From positions 135,782 through 199,781 of the forward strand of contig CAZWXQ010000002.1 of assembly GCA_964637955.1 (NCBI GenBank): DNA of 64,000 bases. The letters run 5' to 3'. Positions 59,518 through 64,000 of the stretch are shown one piece after another. Under the pieces are notes generated by a model. The model did not search any database and was not told the DNA's origin. It saw only the letters and a list, made by a program, of their open reading frames with translations. Position 1 is the first letter of the stretch, and every line of letters begins with the position of its first letter. The translations under genes and the position numbers were made by a program. Origin of the DNA: an uncultured Gammaproteobacteria bacterium. GTDB taxonomy: Bacteria; Patescibacteriota; Microgenomatia; Levybacterales; UBA12049.

Positions 59518-60271
59518 CTGGTCCTACGCCACCTAAGGTTGGAGTGTATAATTTGACCTTATTTTGAACATCTTCTTCGCTATAATCTCCTTTTAATTTT
59601 CCATCTTCTAGAAAAAGTCCAACTCCGATTAAAACTTGATTTTGATTAAGGACTTCAGGTTTCAATACGTCTCCTCTACCTACTGCGGAAATAATTATAT
59701 CAGCCTTTCTTATAAGTTCATTTGGGTCTGGAGTTTGACTATCAATCACATCAAATGTAACTTCCATTTTATCTAGAAGTTTGATGGTAGGTCCGCCTGC
59801 TGTTTCACCCTTCCCTATTACAGCGATTTTTTTATCTGAAAGATCACTTAAGCCTAAGGAATTCAAAATCTCGATTACTGCTAGAGCTAGCGGAGCATCA
59901 AATTTAGACTCATTATTAAATCCATCAACATCTTTTTGAACACTTACTGAATGGGAGATTTTATCACGATCAAATGAATCTGGAAGTGGGCGCTGTGTAA
60001 TAATGCCATGAATAGAGGGATCATTATTGAGTTTAGAGATTAATTTTAATAAGTCTTTTTCTGATGTGGACTCGAAATGAAATAGTTTAATTTCAGCACC
60101 AATCTCTTCTCCTTTTAACTTTTTTTGCTTAATATAAGAATGTGATGCTGCATCATTGCCAATTAAAATAATTGCAAGAGTAGGAGTGACTCCTTTTTGT
60201 TTGAGTTTTTGAACTTCAGGTTTGAGGTTTTCTAAAATTTCAGAGGCAATTTGTTTACCGTCTATCTTCAT
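59462..60271 (-). CDS. folD: Bifunctional methylenetetrahydrofolate dehydrogenase/cyclohydrolase
   Basis: MKIDGKQIA...LAIILIGNDAAS...KDVDGF...TPTLGGVGPV. Confidence 0.85.
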   Translation of the reverse strand: MKIDGKQIASEILENLKPEVQKLKQKGVTPTLAIILIGNDAASHSYIKQKKLKGEEIGAEIKLFHFESTSEKDLLKLISKLNNDPSIHGIITQRPLPDSFDRDKISHSVSVQKDVDGFNNESKFDAPLALAVIEILNSLGLSDLSDKKIAVIGKGETAGGPTIKLLDKMEVTFDVIDSQTPDPNELIRKADIIISAVGRGDVLKPEVLNQNQVLIGVGLFLEDGKLKGDYSEEDVQNKVKLYTPTLGGVGPVNVACLMHNLVLAAAQSV

Positions 60272-60292
60272 ATTATTGAATCGAGCTGGAAA

Positions 60293-62758
60293 TTATTCGA
60301 CACATGTTATGGCTGCAACGCCGTCACCGTTTTTGCTGAATCTCATTAAGATCACACCTTGTGTAGCTCGAGTAAGTTTTGGAATAGATTCTATATCAAG
60401 TTTCACAACCTGGCCTTTGTGAGAAGTTATGATGACTTCGCGGCAGTTTGGAGGAATAATCTGGGAGGCTGCTACCTTACCCGTTTTATTCGTTACTTCA
60501 GCTATTTTTACTCCTTGTCCTCCTCTGCTTTGAGCATTAAATTCGTTTATTAATGTCTTTTTGCCATATCCATTTTCAAGAATGGTAAGAAGCATCAAGT
60601 TAGTGCTTTTATCTACAACGTCCATTCCTACTACTTTATCATCACCTGTAAGTTTTATTCCTCTTACTCCCATTGTTGCGCGTCCCAACGGTCTTACTGA
60701 CTTCTCAGAGAATCTAATACTCTTTCCATCTCTTGTATAAACTAAAATATCATTATCTCCGGTTGTAGGGTTGCTCCAGACTAACTCATCGCCTTTATCG
60801 AGCTTGATTGAAGCGATTCCGCTTCTTCTTATGTTTTCAAACTCACTCATTGCGGTTTTCTTAACGGTTCCTTTTCTCGTAGCTAAGAATACATATTTAA
60901 ATTTAGCTGTTTTGTTATATGTAATAAACGATTCAACTTTTTCTCCAGCTTCAATATTTATTAAGTTAATTACAGCTGTCCCTTTACTGGTTCTTGAGCT
61001 TTCGTCAATCTCATACGCTTTTGTTTGGTAAACCTTCCCTTTATTTGTGAAGAAAAGGATATTGTCATGAGTTTCTGTGTATCTTATATGAAGTATTCCA
61101 TCTTCATCTTTGGTTGTCATGCCTTTAACTCCTACGCCACCTCTTTGCTGAGTTCTGAAAGAAGTCATGCTTTGTCTTTTAATGTATCCTGTTGTTGTTA
61201 AAGTAATAACGGTTGGTTCATTTGGAATTAGATCCTCTTCTGAAAATTCTCCCACTTTGCCTTTATAAACTTTCGTTCTTCTGTCATCTGCGTATTTATC
61301 TTTGAGATATGCTAACTCATCTTTAATTACTTCTAGAATTTTTTCAGGGTGAGCCAAAAGATCTTCTAGATAAGCTATTGTTTCTTTAACCATACTGTAC
61401 TCATCTTCAATTTTTTGTCTTTCAAGAGCAGCAAGACGTCTTAGCTGAAGGTCTAAAATAGCTACTGATTGAATCTCAGAAAGTTTAAATTTACTCATCA
61501 AGTTGTTTTTTGCATCTTCTTGAGTCTTACTCTCGCGAATTGTTTTTATAACTGCATCTAGGTTTTCAACAGCGATTTTAAGTCCTTCAAGAATGTGAAG
61601 TCTTGCTTTTGCTTGCTTAAGCTCAAATTCAGATCTCTTTTTTACTACCAGATATCTATGCTTGATATATTCTTCAAGAATTGTTTTAAGGTTTAAGGTT
61701 TGAGGTGTATTGTCTACGAGAGCAACGATATTAGATGAAAATGTTGTTTGAAGCGCAGTATATTTAAACAAACTATTAAGGATTCTTTTTGGAGTTGCAT
61801 CTCTTTTAAGTTCTACTACAACTCGGATTCCATGTCTATCTGATTCATCTCGAAGATCTGAAATTCCCTCAATCTTCTTTTCTTTAACAAGCTCTGCGAT
61901 TCTTGCAACAAGAAGAGCTTTGTTAACTTGATATGGAAGCTCTGTGATAATGATTGCGCTTTTTCCTTGACCAATTTCTTCAATATCTGCTTTTCCGCGA
62001 ATTAGTACTTTGCCTCGTCCTGTGGAATACATATTTTTAATTTCTTCAGCATCGTAAATAGCTCCAGCTGTTGGGAAATCAGGTCCTTTTACGAACTGGA
62101 GTAATTCATCTACTGTGACATCTGAATCTGCAGAAATTTCTGGTTCTGTTGTGATTTTAGTCTTCCCGATCATAAAGTTTACGGCATCAATTATTTCGCC
62201 TAAATTGTGTGGGGGAATCTTGGTAGCCATTCCGACAGCAATTCCTTCACTTCCCATAAGAAGAAGATTTGGAAGTTTTGCTGGTAGGTAATTTGGTTCT
62301 TTTTGAGTTGCATCGAAATTATCTATAAAATCTACAGTTTCTTTTCCTATATCCTCAAGCATCTCAGAAGTAATGGCAGCCATTCTAGCTTCTGTATAAC
62401 GCATAGCAGCTGGCGGATCCCCATCCATACTTCCAAAGTTTCCCTGCCCATCAATTAAGGGATATCTCATTGAGAAATCTTGCGCAAGACGAACCATAGC
62501 ATCATAAATAGGTACATCTCCATGAGGATGATACTTTCCCATAACTTCTCCTACTACAGTTGCGCTTTTTTTATATTTCGCACTATGAGTGAGGCTAAGT
62601 TCATGCATGGAAAAGAGAATTCTTCTGTGAACTGGCTTGAGTCCGTCTCGAACATCTGGGAGCGCACGGGAAACAATAACAGACATGGCGTAATTTAAGT
62701 ACGCCGATTTCATCTCTTTTGTAATTTCTGTCTGTTGAAGTCTTCCTATATCAGCCAT
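60293..62758 (-). CDS. gyrA: DNA gyrase subunit A
   Basis: [11 protein letters not shown], active-site region ...[10 protein letters not shown], GyrA-box-like C-terminal beta-pinwheel repeats. Confidence 0.9.
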   Translation of the reverse strand: MADIGRLQQTEITKEMKSAYLNYAMSVIVSRALPDVRDGLKPVHRRILFSMHELSLTHSAKYKKSATVVGEVMGKYHPHGDVPIYDAMVRLAQDFSMRYPLIDGQGNFGSMDGDPPAAMRYTEARMAAITSEMLEDIGKETVDFIDNFDATQKEPNYLPAKLPNLLLMGSEGIAVGMATKIPPHNLGEIIDAVNFMIGKTKITTEPEISADSDVTVDELLQFVKGPDFPTAGAIYDAEEIKNMYSTGRGKVLIRGKADIEEIGQGKSAIIITELPYQVNKALLVARIAELVKEKKIEGISDLRDESDRHGIRVVVELKRDATPKRILNSLFKYTALQTTFSSNIVALVDNTPQTLNLKTILEEYIKHRYLVVKKRSEFELKQAKARLHILEGLKIAVENLDAVIKTIRESKTQEDAKNNLMSKFKLSEIQSVAILDLQLRRLAALERQKIEDEYSMVKETIAYLEDLLAHPEKILEVIKDELAYLKDKYADDRRTKVYKGKVGEFSEEDLIPNEPTVITLTTTGYIKRQSMTSFRTQQRGGVGVKGMTTKDEDGILHIRYTETHDNILFFTNKGKVYQTKAYEIDESSRTSKGTAVINLINIEAGEKVESFITYNKTAKFKYVFLATRKGTVKKTAMSEFENIRRSGIASIKLDKGDELVWSNPTTGDNDILVYTRDGKSIRFSEKSVRPLGRATMGVRGIKLTGDDKVVGMDVVDKSTNLMLLTILENGYGKKTLINEFNAQSRGGQGVKIAEVTNKTGKVAASQIIPPNCREVIITSHKGQVVKLDIESIPKLTRATQGVILMRFSKNGDGVAAITCVE

Positions 62759-62850
62759 AATGTTAGTTATTAGTAACTAGATATTAGATATTAGTTTGTA
62801 GCAGGTTTGCATGAAACTCAACTATATAACTAGTATCTATTATCTAATTT

Positions 62851-64000
62851 CTAAATTAGATATGCGGCAATAAGTAATGCTACGATGTTTAGAACCTTAA
62901 TCATTGGGTTAATTGCTGGGCCTGCTGTGTCTTTATATGGGTCTCCGACTGTGTCACCTGTTACTGCTGAAGCATGCGCAAAGCTTCCTTTTCCTCCGAG
63001 ATTTCCTTCTTCAATATATTTTTTAGTGTTATCCCAAGCTGCTCCACCTGTGGTCATAGAGATTGCAACGAATAGTCCAGTTACAATTGCTCCGATAAGC
63101 ATCCCACCAAGAGCAAGAGGTCCGAGTAAGAATCCAACTACGATTGGGGCAAGTACTGGAATTAGAGCTGGGAAGATCATTTCTTTTAATGCAGCTGTAG
63201 TTACAATATCAACACATTTGGCATAGTCAGGAAGTGCTTTTCCTGTCATGATGCCTTTAATATCTTTAAACTGACGTCTTACTTCCTCTACAAGTGAAAC
63301 GCTTGCTTTTCCTACAGCTTCCATAGCAAGTGCTCCAAAGAAATAAGGCAAAGCGCCTCCTATGAATAATCCAATAATTACAGCTGGATCAGTAAGGCTA
63401 AATGATGCAGATGTAATGTTGCCACCTAATTTTTTTAGCTCTTCAGTATATCCTGCGAAAAGAACTAATGCAGCGAGTCCAGCTGAACCAATTGCATAAG
63501 CTTTGGTAACAGCTTTAGTTGTGTTGCCTACAGCATCAAGTGGATCTGTAACATTTCTTACTTTTTCTGGAAGTCCTGCCATTTCTACGATTCCACCTGC
63601 ATTGTCAGTGATTGGTCCGAACGCATCAATTGCTACAACGATCCCGGTCAGTGAAAGCATAGACATCGCTGCAATTGCTATTCCATAAAGACCAGCCAAT
63701 TGATATGCAATTAATGTACCTGCTGATATGAGTAGTATAGGCGCTAAAGTTGATTTCATAGAAACTGCGAGTCCTGCAATTACGTTGGTTCCTGATCCAG
63801 TTGATGAAGCCTTAGCTATAGTTTTAACAGGGCTGAATTTTTTTGAAGTATAGAATTCTGTAATTACTACCATGCCAATTGTGATAACTAGTCCAATGAT
63901 CGTCGTGATAAATAAATTAAGTGCACTGATATTCCCTAATCCTTGAGGGAACATATATTTGGTAAGGAAATAAAATCCTACAAGCGCAAGAACTGCTGAG
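62851..64000 (-). CDS. hppA: Membrane-bound H+(or Na+)-translocating pyrophosphatase, C-terminal portion (gene continues beyond the window end)
   Basis: ...[11 protein letters not shown]..., [18 protein letters not shown] and AAWDNTKKY motifs. Confidence 0.8.
   Translation of the reverse strand, partial: SAVLALVGFYFLTKYMFPQGLGNISALNLFITTIIGLVITIGMVVITEFYTSKKFSPVKTIAKASSTGSGTNVIAGLAVSMKSTLAPILLISAGTLIAYQLAGLYGIAIAAMSMLSLTGIVVAIDAFGPITDNAGGIVEMAGLPEKVRNVTDPLDAVGNTTKAVTKAYAIGSAGLAALVLFAGYTEELKKLGGNITSASFSLTDPAVIIGLFIGGALPYFFGALAMEAVGKASVSLVEEVRRQFKDIKGIMTGKALPDYAKCVDIVTTAALKEMIFPALIPVLAPIVVGFLLGPLALGGMLIGAIVTGLFVAISMTTGGAAWDNTKKYIEEGNLGGKGSFAHASAVTGDTVGDPYKDTAGPAINPMIKVLNIVALLIAAYLI

Noticed and set aside
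1-64000. Alternative genetic code (UGA recoding, as in some CPR/Mollicutes) and CRISPR arrays
   Set aside because: Long conserved genes (glmS, gyrA, dnaB, hisS) are intact under the standard code with TGA, TAA and TAG stops. No regularly spaced repeat-spacer array was seen anywhere in the window.

Overview
The window is a low-GC (roughly one-third GC by eye), gene-dense bacterial chromosomal segment that reads cleanly in the standard genetic code. Large housekeeping genes (glmS, gyrA, dnaB) are intact with no in-frame TGA recoding. Genes I could recognise from motifs include ychF, glmS followed by a GlmU-like nucleotidyltransferase/hexapeptide protein, yvcK and an rpsF-ssb-rpsR block. Also recognisable are ctpA, htrA, murB, murI, prfA, rpmE, hisS, dnaB, efp, folD and gyrA, a 3' partial H+-pyrophosphatase, a XerC/D-type recombinase and one tRNA-Leu(CAA). 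Several cell-wall hydrolases (M23, M15) are present, plus many hypothetical proteins. The gene content (reduced, many secreted or membrane-anchored hypotheticals, hppA, several DUF218 proteins) is compatible with a small-genome lineage such as Patescibacteria/CPR or a reduced Gram-positive-like organism. I cannot assign taxonomy from sequence alone. The most unusual signal is a roughly 1.05 kb GC-rich island (about 21000-22050) with strongly GC-biased third codon positions. It encodes five tightly packed, Shine-Dalgarno-preceded small ORFs, at least four of them with single predicted transmembrane helices, in an otherwise AT-rich genome. Other leads are two sets of direct repeats copied from gene ends that bracket small hypothetical genes (6901/8491 and a nested pair around 27097-28360). 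There is a glmS leader with a glmS-ribozyme-like GACGAGGA core, and a 7-nt tandem repeat inside the glmS coding sequence. An AT-rich, repeat-dense non-coding region (50486-51772) carries a recurring TAGCCTCRAA motif. A PLD-like gene pair lies next to a Xer-type recombinase. A leader upstream of a MazG-like gene combines a palindromic operator, a leaderless uORF and a terminator hairpin. No CRISPR array, rRNA or obvious transposase was seen.
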